A stretch of DNA of 64,000 nucleotides from contig JAJEIY010000001.1 of NCBI GenBank assembly GCA_022828085.1, positions 35,180 through 99,179 of the forward strand, given 5' to 3'. Positions 39,801 to 48,035 of the stretch are shown here, piece by piece (within the stretch, counting starts at the first letter, position 1; each line of letters starts with the position of its first letter). Origin of the DNA: Acidobacteriota bacterium (GTDB lineage: Bacteria; Acidobacteriota; Vicinamibacteria; Marinacidobacterales; Marinacidobacteraceae). A program made the position numbers and the translations under genes. The notes below the pieces were generated by a model. The model made no database searches. It was not told where the DNA came from and worked only from the letters and a program-made list of their open reading frames with translations.

Positions 39801-41416
39801 CTCGCCGGCCCTCCCACGTTCAGGTTCCGGAACCGCGCCCAGGGCGCCCCGTGGGTGTTGTGGTTCCGCTGGGTCGGCTGCCCGATGTCGTCCGAATCGA
39901 GCGCCGCCGGCTCCCAGGACGCCGGGTCCGTGACCGTCTCCAGCCGGTGCCAGAGCTCGCTCGGGTTCTTGCCGTAGTAGTGGGCGCCCCGGAGCATCCG
40001 GGTCGTCCGGCCGTTCTCGATCTCCCAGACCGCGTTCCCGGTGTAGGTGTGGTAGCGCCGCTGGTAGTCCTGGACGATCCGGCTCGAGAACCCGCGGAAG
40101 AGGAGCCCGCGCCGGGTGTCGGCGATGAGTTCCTCCGGTGAGGGAGCGTCCTGGCCACCCGGTTCGAGGCTCAGGTTCGGCATCCGCCCCTGCGGCACCC
40201 GGTCCCACGACTCGGTCATGCAGCAGCCGCGGCTCGCCTCTTCACCCACGTAGGTGGCGAACTCGCGGGTGGTCTGGAAACCCACCAGCTTCCCCTCCCG
40301 CACCACGTCCCATTCCTGCGTCTTGACCCCTTCGTCGTCATAGCCGCAGGTGGAACGGAGCATCGGGCGGCTGCGGTCGCCCACGAAGTTCATGACCGGG
40401 GAGCCGAACTCGTAGCTCCCCATGTCCTCGGCGGCGAGGAAGGTGCTGCCCGCGAAGTTCGTCTCCACCAGCACCGTCCGGTTGAGTTCGGTCGGATGTC
40501 CGATCGTCTCGTGCTCGAAGAGGCAGATGTTCTGCGGGTCCATGACCACGTCCAGCTGGCCGCTGAAGTCGATGATCGGGGCTTTCGCCTTCTCCACCGC
40601 CTCGGCGGCGATCCGCTCGGCGTGGCTGGGCAAGTCGAGCCCGCGGATGTACTCGTAGCCGATGTTCAGCGGGTTGACGAAGAACCGCCGCTGCGCGGTG
40701 ACCCCATCCACCCGGGCTCGGGCGAAGAAGGACCCGTCCGAGCGGACGAGGCGCTGCTGGATCTCCGCGCCCTCCGAGTTTGCGTAGAACTTGTTCTCGT
40801 CCCAGAAGTCGAGCCAGGAGAAGGCCCGGTCCGTCTGGGGATTCTTCCGGACCTCTTCATTGATCCGGAGCAGGAGAGCGACCTTCTCGTCGAGAGGCAC
40901 CGTGAACGGGTCCTCCTCGTGGGGCGTGACCCAGGTGTCCACATGCACGGGCTCCGGGACCAGCCGGATCGGCTCGGGCACCGTCAGCGCGGCCTTCTCC
41001 GCCAGGTCGCACGCCAGTCCGGCCACCGCGACCGCCTCGTCCTCGCTGAGCACGGGGCTGGCGGCAAATCCCCAGGCGCCGTTCTTGAGGACCCGGACGT
41101 TGAGCCCGATGTCCACCTTCTCCAGCACGTGCTCGGGCGAGGACCCGTAGTGCCACTCGCCGGGGACGCCCTTGATCGCCTGGTCGTCGGCGGCGATCGT
41201 CTGGATGAGGTTCCGGACCACCCGCACATCCGCGAACGTCGAGCCGCGGCTGGTGGTCACGCGGAGGGCCGCGTCCGCGAGCCCCTTCTTCCACTCGACG
41301 TCCTCGATGAGTTCGTGGGCCGGACGGGGGGCGGCGCAACGTGTGAGCCCGAAGGGCAGGACGACCGCGGCCGTGCCCCCGCAAAGCCGCACGAACTGGC
41401 GACGGGTGATGTCCAT
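39797..41416 (-). CDS. tldD: TldD family metallopeptidase with twin-arginine signal peptide
   Basis: MDITRRQFVRLCGGTAAVVLPFGLTRC is a Tat signal. A TldD-like domain of 539 aa follows, with the HExxxH-like region FEHETIGH. Confidence 0.8.
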   Translation of the reverse strand: MDITRRQFVRLCGGTAAVVLPFGLTRCAAPRPAHELIEDVEWKKGLADAALRVTTSRGSTFADVRVVRNLIQTIAADDQAIKGVPGEWHYGSSPEHVLEKVDIGLNVRVLKNGAWGFAASPVLSEDEAVAVAGLACDLAEKAALTVPEPIRLVPEPVHVDTWVTPHEEDPFTVPLDEKVALLLRINEEVRKNPQTDRAFSWLDFWDENKFYANSEGAEIQQRLVRSDGSFFARARVDGVTAQRRFFVNPLNIGYEYIRGLDLPSHAERIAAEAVEKAKAPIIDFSGQLDVVMDPQNICLFEHETIGHPTELNRTVLVETNFAGSTFLAAEDMGSYEFGSPVMNFVGDRSRPMLRSTCGYDDEGVKTQEWDVVREGKLVGFQTTREFATYVGEEASRGCCMTESWDRVPQGRMPNLSLEPGGQDAPSPEELIADTRRGLLFRGFSSRIVQDYQRRYHTYTGNAVWEIENGRTTRMLRGAHYYGKNPSELWHRLETVTDPASWEPAALDSDDIGQPTQRNHNTHGAPWARFRNLNVGGPAS

Positions 41417-41438
41417 CGTGCCCTCCCCGAAGGCCGGT

Positions 41439-41466
41439 GGCGCGGTCCTCCGGAGAGGACCGCGCC
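41439..41466 (-). promoter_or_regulatory. Intercistronic perfect 12-bp stem-loop between TBDR stop and tldD start (attenuator / mRNA-processing candidate)
   Basis: The sequence is GGCGCGGTCCTC-CGGA-GAGGACCGCGCC. No U-run follows, and tldD starts about 20 nt downstream. Confidence 0.45.
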
Positions 41467-41480
41467 AAATGTGAGTCGGC

Positions 41481-44333
41481 CTAGAAGCGAATCCGGAGCG
41501 CCAGCTCGATCTGCCGGGCCTCGGACACCTGCGTCGACTGTCCGAAGCCTCCGGAACGGAGGTTGCCGTTCGGAGGGAAGTAGTTGGCGCGGTTCAGCAG
41601 GTTGAACACCTGGAAGATGGCCTCGGCGTAGGCGTTGTCGCCGAACCGGAACTCCTTCGCCGCCAGCACGTCCACGGTGGCGTAGGCGGGACACTCGACC
41701 GAGGAAACCGTCGACAGCCCGTTCGCGGTCCGGTAGGCGTTCGCCGCATTCAGATCGAGATCGCGGCAGCCGTCCCGGAGGTTGATCCCCGGTGGCCGGT
41801 CTCCGCCGATGCCGTCCCCGTTCAGGTCGCTGCCCGCCGTGACGTTGAACGGCAGGGCGCTCTGGTAGCGGACGATGCCGCTCAGGTTGACACCCCCCGG
41901 CAGCATCGCGAGGCCGCTGAGGGTGAGGCGGTGCCGCCGGTCCGCGGGCACGTGCCCGTAGTCGGAACCACGGTTGTAGTGGTCGGCGGGGAACGTCTCC
42001 GAGTCGGCCTGCACGTCAGCCAGCGTGTAGGAGCCGAGCATCTGCCAGTTGTCCGCGAGCCGCTTCGTCACTCTCGCCGACAGGGCGCGGTACTTCATCT
42101 CGCCGTCCGTCATGCCGGCCGTGACCCGGCCGATCGGGGCGTAGGGTCGTTCGCCTCCCGCCGTCAACGGGTAGTTGAAGTCGATCTGCGTGTGCTGGTT
42201 GAAACCGTCGGCGGCGATGCCGTCGAGGCTGATGCTCAGATCGTCCCCGAGCTGGATGCTGTAGCCCAGGCTGTACTGGTTGGTGTAAGGCGTCCGGTTC
42301 TCGTTGCCCTGGACGGAGTAGTTCCGCTGGGAACGCGCTACCTCGAAGGGGTCCTGCCCCTGATACGGATCGGGATAGCTGGGATTCTGGATCACCACCA
42401 GCAGGTCCTCGGGATTCCGCTCGGCGCGGGGCGCGCCGTTGGCCCGGTAACGGTTGTAGAAGACCCCCCAGGCGGCCCGCACCGACTGGCGGCCGTCGCC
42501 GGTCGGATCCCACACCAATCCCAGCCGGGGGCCGAAGTTGTCGTTGTCCCCGCGGGTGCTGTTGTCGTAGAACGGGAAGAGGGACGGATCGAGCCGGCCG
42601 GCCGGGCGCACGACCCGGTCCCGGACCAGGATCTCGGGCACCGTTTCCTCGAGCAGGTTCTCGTTCCAGACGCCCTGCTGCAGGTCATACCGCAGACCGA
42701 GGTTCAGCGTGAGCCGGGGGTTCACGATCCAGGTATCGCTGATGTAGATGGAGTGCTCCGTGTTCTCGAAATCGTCGTAGCGGGGCAGAAGCCGCTGCCG
42801 GAACCGGTCGGGGTGGGTGGACGGATCGTTCGGGTCGTACGGCGCGTCGGAGGAGAACCACCACTCTTCGGCGACGCCGACGTTGTCCGGTTCCCAGTCA
42901 ATGAACGTGAGGTCCACGCCGAGCTTCAGCTCGTGGCCCCCAACGTAGTGGGAGATGTCGTTCTTGACCTGGATGTGGAGTTCCGGCCCCAGGAACGCGG
43001 ACTGGCTCCCGGTGCGGAGACTGGGGCGGTTGATGAGGGGCCCGACATCCACGCGCTCGGCCGGGAACTCGCCGGAGGCGCTCCACTTCTGGTGTCCGGG
43101 GGGCCAGCCGATGTAGGTGGCGTGCGCCACCTGGACCCGGAAGTCGTTGAAAGTGTTGGGGCTCAGGAACCAGGTCTCGCCCAGCACCAGTGAGTGCCGT
43201 GGAGCCCCGAAGCTGAAGCCGCTGCTCGCCGCCCGGATGCCGCCGGAGCCGCGGTGAGTCAGTTCGTTGTTGTGGTGCGCGTAGCGGGCGAACAGGCGGT
43301 GATCGTCGTTGATGGCGTAATCGAGGCGCGCGAACCCCATGAAGTTCCAGTCCGGCTTCTCAAAGGTGCCCTCCTCGGAAGGAAACGCGCCTCCGGTGTT
43401 CACCGTGAAGAAGGAGGTCTCGTCGGTGTACTCGGCGGAGAGGTAGAAATGGGCCTTGTCCTCGACGATCGGGCCACCGAGCGATCCGCCGAACTGGTGG
43501 CGGGAGAAATCGGGCTTTTCGTCCTGAAACACCGTCTTCGAGTTCAGCGCCTTGGTGCGGAAGAACTCGAAGACGCTGCCGCTGACCCGGTTCGTGCCAC
43601 TTTTGGTGACCACGTTCAGGTAGCCGCCCTGCGCGAAACCGAAGTCGGCGCTGGCGTTGAACGCCTGGACCTTGAACTCGGCAATGCCTTCCTGCGGAAA
43701 GTCCTGCCGCGGCTCGCCCTGCTGCTGCCAGTTGTTGCTCACCCCGTCCACGTAGAAACCGTTCGAATAGAACGTGACGCCGGCGCCGATGTTGACGTTG
43801 TTGTAGAAAACGCCGCGGATCGCATCCTGACTGGTGGCGGGACTCAGCGTGGCCAGATCGAGCCACTTCCGTCCCTGCATCGGCAGGACCTCCACCTGTT
43901 CCTCGGTGATGATGGTGGAGAAGTCCGCCTGCCGGGACTCGATGAGTGGGGCGGATGCGGTGACGGTGACCGCCTCCTCGACTCCGGCCAGTTCCAGCGA
44001 GATGTTGAGCGTCACCTGCTGCGCCACCTGCAGCCGCAGGCCCTCGTTGGTGACGGTCTGGAACCCATCGAGGCTCGCCATCACCGCGTAGGTGCCGACC
44101 GGAAGCGAGGGCACCTGGTACAGGCCGTCCCCTCCGGAGGTCACCGTCCGCTGCAGCCCGGTTTCGGCGTTCGTGACGGTGACGGTCACTCCGGGCAACG
44201 CGTCCCCGGTGGCGTCGGTTACGCGCCCGTAGACGCCTGCTTCCTGGGCGGCCGCGGTGACGGCCACTCCGACGAGCAGCGCTGCGAACAGCACCGCCAG
44301 GGGCCTCGCCCCGATGCAGTTACCGAAATTCAT
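41481..44333 (-). CDS. TonB-dependent outer-membrane receptor with N-terminal carboxypeptidase-regulatory-like (CarbopepD_reg) domain
   Basis: A signal peptide MNFGNCIGARPLAVLFAALLVGVAVTAAAQ is followed by GRVTDATGDALPGVTVTVTNAETG, a CarbopepD_reg domain. Plug and barrel regions follow, the C-terminus ends in aromatic F, and the protein is about 950 aa. Confidence 0.88.
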   Translation of the reverse strand: MNFGNCIGARPLAVLFAALLVGVAVTAAAQEAGVYGRVTDATGDALPGVTVTVTNAETGLQRTVTSGGDGLYQVPSLPVGTYAVMASLDGFQTVTNEGLRLQVAQQVTLNISLELAGVEEAVTVTASAPLIESRQADFSTIITEEQVEVLPMQGRKWLDLATLSPATSQDAIRGVFYNNVNIGAGVTFYSNGFYVDGVSNNWQQQGEPRQDFPQEGIAEFKVQAFNASADFGFAQGGYLNVVTKSGTNRVSGSVFEFFRTKALNSKTVFQDEKPDFSRHQFGGSLGGPIVEDKAHFYLSAEYTDETSFFTVNTGGAFPSEEGTFEKPDWNFMGFARLDYAINDDHRLFARYAHHNNELTHRGSGGIRAASSGFSFGAPRHSLVLGETWFLSPNTFNDFRVQVAHATYIGWPPGHQKWSASGEFPAERVDVGPLINRPSLRTGSQSAFLGPELHIQVKNDISHYVGGHELKLGVDLTFIDWEPDNVGVAEEWWFSSDAPYDPNDPSTHPDRFRQRLLPRYDDFENTEHSIYISDTWIVNPRLTLNLGLRYDLQQGVWNENLLEETVPEILVRDRVVRPAGRLDPSLFPFYDNSTRGDNDNFGPRLGLVWDPTGDGRQSVRAAWGVFYNRYRANGAPRAERNPEDLLVVIQNPSYPDPYQGQDPFEVARSQRNYSVQGNENRTPYTNQYSLGYSIQLGDDLSISLDGIAADGFNQHTQIDFNYPLTAGGERPYAPIGRVTAGMTDGEMKYRALSARVTKRLADNWQMLGSYTLADVQADSETFPADHYNRGSDYGHVPADRRHRLTLSGLAMLPGGVNLSGIVRYQSALPFNVTAGSDLNGDGIGGDRPPGINLRDGCRDLDLNAANAYRTANGLSTVSSVECPAYATVDVLAAKEFRFGDNAYAEAIFQVFNLLNRANYFPPNGNLRSGGFGQSTQVSEARQIELALRIRF

Positions 44334-44713
44334 ACCCGTCTCCTTTCTGGGTGAACGCGCCTGTCGGGAGGCGCTACGGACAGATGCAGTCGCGCAACCG
44401 GGCAACCGGAGGAACGCGATCCGTCCATGAACTCAACGGAGAGCCCGCCCGGAGGCGGCCCGCGACGCCCGCTTGAGCCAAAGCGCGCCGTCCAGCGGAC
44501 AGGTTGCTTCGAGACATGTCGCGGTTAGCTCTCCTCGGTTGCGCGTAACAGCCGCAACCGATTTGGAAACCCCATTAACTCGCCTCGGGGGGGTGCGCCG
44601 TCAAATGCGACTCCTTCACTCCGACTTTGCGCCTCCACCACCGGGTCGGCCACCGGGGCCAGGGGGCCGCCGGCGGCGCCACCACAGTCCTCCCTGCTAA
44701 TCTCCCCAGTCCC

Positions 44714-45166
44714 ATGCAAAGACGCGATGCGCTCCGGGCGACGCTGCTCCTGATCGCCGCTCCCGCGGTCACGAGAGCCGCCCGCGACGGCCGCGAGGTC
44801 ATCGTTGCCGGCCGCGCGGTCTGCCTGAGGAACGGCGAGCCGGGACCGGTGGCGGACTGCTCCTTCGGCGAGCAGTTCGGAATCGAGACGCCGGACGGCA
44901 CGATCCACCGGCTGGATCCGACGGACCTGCGCGTCGAGATCCTCACCGACGAACGGGTGAGCCGGCATCCGCTGGAAGTTGCGCTCTGGCAGGAGGACGG
45001 GCTCGGCAAGATCATCCGCCTCTACACGATCCAGGACGGCGAGACGATCGAGCCCTACTACTTCTGCTTCACCTGCAACATCACCTCGCACCTCCCGGGA
45101 CCCTGCTGGTGCTGCCAGGAGGATTTCGAGTTCCAGGAGCGCTCCGCGCACCCGTCCACGGACTGA
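44714..45166 (+). CDS. Small secreted Cys-rich hypothetical protein (Tat-like signal)
   Basis: The signal MQRRDALRATLLLIAAPAVTRAARDG is followed by a mature region with 7 Cys, including YYFCFTCNITSHLPGPCWCCQ. No family was recognised. Confidence 0.5.
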   Translation: MQRRDALRATLLLIAAPAVTRAARDGREVIVAGRAVCLRNGEPGPVADCSFGEQFGIETPDGTIHRLDPTDLRVEILTDERVSRHPLEVALWQEDGLGKIIRLYTIQDGETIEPYYFCFTCNITSHLPGPCWCCQEDFEFQERSAHPSTD

Positions 45167-45202
45167 CCGCCGGCCCCCCTCGGGGGCAAGGGCCGCGGCC
45201 CC

Positions 45203-45631
45203 TCAGCGAACCGGATTGCGCCAGCGCAATCCGGAGAAACGCGCGAAGTCCCAGTCGTTCGAATGCAGTTCCGCCTGGTGCTCAATGGCAAGTGCCGCCA
45301 GGTGCGCGTCCATCACCAGTGAGGAACCGATTGCGGGGCCGCGCAGGAGCCCTTCCAGCACGTCGAGATGGGACGGCCCCGGCGCCAGAATACGCGCGCA
45401 GGGTTCCGCGAGCCAGCGCCGGCACTCGGCGAGCGCTTCCTCGACACTCATGGGTGTCGCGACCGCCCGCCGGCTGGAAACCACTCTGGCGAAACCCAGC
45501 ATGACCATCCAGGAGAGACCCACTGGTTCGTTCCCTGAAAGGCACTGTTCCCACCAGCTTCGGGCGGCCTCGTGTTGCGGGGAATCCTTGTTGTAGGCGT
45601 AGACCAGAAGGTTGACGTCGGGAACGACCAA
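45203..45631 (-). CDS. vapC: Type II toxin-antitoxin system VapC toxin (PIN domain)
   Basis: The 142-aa protein has PIN acidic residues (MVVPDVNLLVYA...D...E...D) and lies 4 bp downstream of vapB. Confidence 0.8.
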   Translation of the reverse strand: MVVPDVNLLVYAYNKDSPQHEAARSWWEQCLSGNEPVGLSWMVMLGFARVVSSRRAVATPMSVEEALAECRRWLAEPCARILAPGPSHLDVLEGLLRGPAIGSSLVMDAHLAALAIEHQAELHSNDWDFARFSGLRWRNPVR

Positions 45632-45635
45632 GGCT

Positions 45636-45923
45636 CTAGGAACCGCCGATATCCCGGCGAGCCTTCTCGAGGAACCGGTCCACTTCGAGTTCGTCCACCA
45701 ACTGGTTCAGCTTGAGGGGATCGACCCCGGGAGCCCACCCCAGGGGCCGGGCCTTCACTCGGAAGGGTTCCCGAGGAGCCGCTGGTTTCTCGCCAACAGC
45801 GATGCCGCGCCGGAGAACCTCGTTCACCACGCTCTTGAACGACCTGCCGCTGTGGCGGGCGGTCTCCCGAAGAACTCGTCCGAGGTCGTCGTCAATCGTC
45901 AGGGTCGTTCGCACGCTGAACAT
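45636..45923 (-). CDS. vapB: Type II antitoxin VapB (RHH/CopG-like)
   Basis: The 95-aa protein has an N-terminus MFSVRTTLTIDDDLGRVLRETAR typical of VapB antitoxins. Confidence 0.75.
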   Translation of the reverse strand: MFSVRTTLTIDDDLGRVLRETARHSGRSFKSVVNEVLRRGIAVGEKPAAPREPFRVKARPLGWAPGVDPLKLNQLVDELEVDRFLEKARRDIGGS

Positions 45924-45943
45924 CTTAGCATCACATCAACTAG

Positions 45944-45955
45944 ACATCATGATGT
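45944..45955. promoter_or_regulatory. Perfect 12-bp palindrome ACATCATGATGT 21 bp upstream of vapB (candidate VapB operator)
   Basis: The palindrome was read directly from the sequence. Type II antitoxins commonly autoregulate via palindromic operators. Confidence 0.45.
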
Positions 45956-46022
45956 GTCACAGTGGGCCGCCCCCGCTTTTCCAGAGCGAGGCCCCACCCC
46001 TTCCCCGCGCTAGGTTTCCGTC

Positions 46023-47444
46023 GTGCCGATTGTCCTGCTTGCCGCCCTGCTGTTGATGGTCCCGGCGGCTGTTCCCGCCCAGGGACGCGACCGGCCCACG
46101 GACACTGAACTGGGCTGGCTGGAGTCTTTCCTGATGACCGAGGAAGAGCGCGGCGCCGCCATCGAGGCGTTCACGCACGGCGACCGGGAGGCCTTCCGGC
46201 GTCTGTTCTGGATGCGCCGGGACCCGGACCCGTCCACTCCCCAGAACGAGACCCTCGACCTCTATCTGGCGCGGGTCCGGCTCGCCGATTCGAACTTCTC
46301 CGAGGACGGCGGGTACGGCGGGGATGACCGGTCGCGCGTCTTCGTGCTGCTCGGCATGCCGGTGCAGGCGCTCCCCCAGCCCGCCACCGAAGAGACTCCG
46401 GAAGGCCTCCTCTGGGCCTTCCCTCCCGACCCGGAGAACGGCCTTGCGGACACCCTGGAGGCGCTCTATTACCGGGACGAGGAGGGCCTGCTCTTCCTCG
46501 AGAACCGCGCCGCCGTTGACGGGAGCCTGGAAGCGATGAGGCGGCGTCTCATCGCCCGGCCGGGGATCGGCTTCGAACGCGACGAGGAGGGGCGGCTCGT
46601 GATCCCGAACCTCCCGGCGGGAGGATCGGAACGAGCCCGGCGCGTGCTCGCCGGCCTGAGCGGCGACGGTCCGCCCGGGGACGGGTTTTCCTTCCGGGTC
46701 ACCCCGGCCTACTTCCGGGTGGACGACCGCGCGACCTACGTGGCGCTGCTTTTCGAGACTCCCGCGGATGCGCTCGCCCCCGGGACGGATGGCCAGTTGG
46801 CGGCTTCGCTGTTCGCCAAGACCGCATCCGCCGAGGCGGAAGGCCCGGGAGCCGCAACCTACCGGCTCGAGACGGCGCACACCGAGATCCGGTCCGCGGA
46901 AGGCCTCGTCCGTTTCGAGGCCTCGCTGGTGCTGCCTCCGGGCCGGCACCGACTGCTGCTCGGCGTCGTGGACGAGCAGTCGGACGCCTTCGGCACCGCC
47001 CGGCTGGACATCGAGACGCCGGCCTTTCCCGAGGCCGAGCCCGGGTTCTCCTCGGTGGTCCTCTACGGGGACACCACCATGCAGGAATACAGCGGCCGCG
47101 TTCCCGGACGAGCCTTTCAATTCGGGCGCACCCACTTCGAGCCCCGGTCAACGGCGGTGTTCCGGCAGGACGAGACGCTCGGCGCGTTCTATTTCTTCTA
47201 CCCGGGGGAACGCGTGGACGACGGGGAGCTACCGGAGATCGTGGCCGAGTACACCCTGAGCCGGGAGGGACGGGACACCGGTTTCGTCCGTCCGGAGGCG
47301 CTTCCCACGAGTACCCGCCAGGCCGCTGCGAATGCGGAGATCGAATTGAGCGACTTCGCGCCCGGCCGCTACGAACTCGGAATCCGCGTCCTCTACGGCG
47401 AGCAGGTCTACGAGACGCGGAAGGCGTTCACGCTGGTCCGCTGA
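46023..47444 (+). CDS. Secreted GWxTD-domain-like protein
   Basis: A signal peptide MPIVLLAALLLMVPAAVPAQ is followed by the block FWMRRDPDPSTPQNETLDLYLARVRLADSNFSEDGGYGGDDRSRVFVLLGMP. This resembles the GWxTD family (W..RDPDP.TP.NE...Y..R......G[WY]..DR....G.P), with a degenerate GWxTD (GYGGDD). Confidence 0.45.
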   Translation: MPIVLLAALLLMVPAAVPAQGRDRPTDTELGWLESFLMTEEERGAAIEAFTHGDREAFRRLFWMRRDPDPSTPQNETLDLYLARVRLADSNFSEDGGYGGDDRSRVFVLLGMPVQALPQPATEETPEGLLWAFPPDPENGLADTLEALYYRDEEGLLFLENRAAVDGSLEAMRRRLIARPGIGFERDEEGRLVIPNLPAGGSERARRVLAGLSGDGPPGDGFSFRVTPAYFRVDDRATYVALLFETPADALAPGTDGQLAASLFAKTASAEAEGPGAATYRLETAHTEIRSAEGLVRFEASLVLPPGRHRLLLGVVDEQSDAFGTARLDIETPAFPEAEPGFSSVVLYGDTTMQEYSGRVPGRAFQFGRTHFEPRSTAVFRQDETLGAFYFFYPGERVDDGELPEIVAEYTLSREGRDTGFVRPEALPTSTRQAAANAEIELSDFAPGRYELGIRVLYGEQVYETRKAFTLVR

Positions 47445-47454
47445 GCCAGTAGGC

Positions 47455-47508
47455 GCGTTTCGCCTTCCTGCGGTCGGCGATGCCGGCCGGAGGCCGGCGC
47501 TCCAGCGT
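47455..47508 (-). repeat. Diverged member of the repeat family (subfamily GCGTTTCGC...GCCGGCCGGAGGCCGGCGCTCC)
   Basis: Hairpin GCCGGC-CGGAG-GCCGGC lies at 47482-47498 between convergent genes. The copy shares the GCGTTTCGC leader and GCGCTCC tail with the copy at 52779. Confidence 0.55.
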
Positions 47509-48000
47509 TCAGGGCCGGCACTGCCCCGTGACGACCGTGTCGTTGTCCTCCATGTAGTGGACTTCGTACGGGCATTCGATCCCGGTGATTCCGGCGAACT
47601 TCCCGGTGCCGCCGGTGAACACGAAGGCACCCTGGCCGCCGCCCCCGGCCTCGACGTCGCCCGAGTCCCGATGGGCCTCCAGAAACACCTCGTCCTCGTC
47701 GGGATCGTGGAGCGTGCAATGCGAGTCGATGTCGATCGCGGAACCCTCGACCTTGATGGCGGTGGCGCAGGTCCCGTGGAGCCGGGATTCCTCGGTGAAC
47801 GGGCTGTCCGGACCCGCGTAGGGAATGGTCAGCACGCCATGCAGCGAGCCGGCCGTAAGCGAGTGATCCCCGTGCCCGATGGTGGTGTAGTCCCGCTGCC
47901 CGACGAAGACGAAGCGGAAAACGTCGTCGGCCTGCGCGAAGGCGGACGCGGAGGCACCCGCGAGCATGGCGGCGAGCAACGACAGACGCGTCAGGAACAT
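47509..48000 (-). CDS. Secreted hypothetical protein
   Basis: The 163-aa protein has a signal peptide MFLTRLSLLAAMLAGASASAFAQ, 4 Cys and no recognised domain. Confidence 0.5.
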   Translation of the reverse strand: MFLTRLSLLAAMLAGASASAFAQADDVFRFVFVGQRDYTTIGHGDHSLTAGSLHGVLTIPYAGPDSPFTEESRLHGTCATAIKVEGSAIDIDSHCTLHDPDEDEVFLEAHRDSGDVEAGGGGQGAFVFTGGTGKFAGITGIECPYEVHYMEDNDTVVTGQCRP

Positions 48001-48035
48001 GAGTACCTCCTTTGACGTCCCCGGGAATTCCGGGT

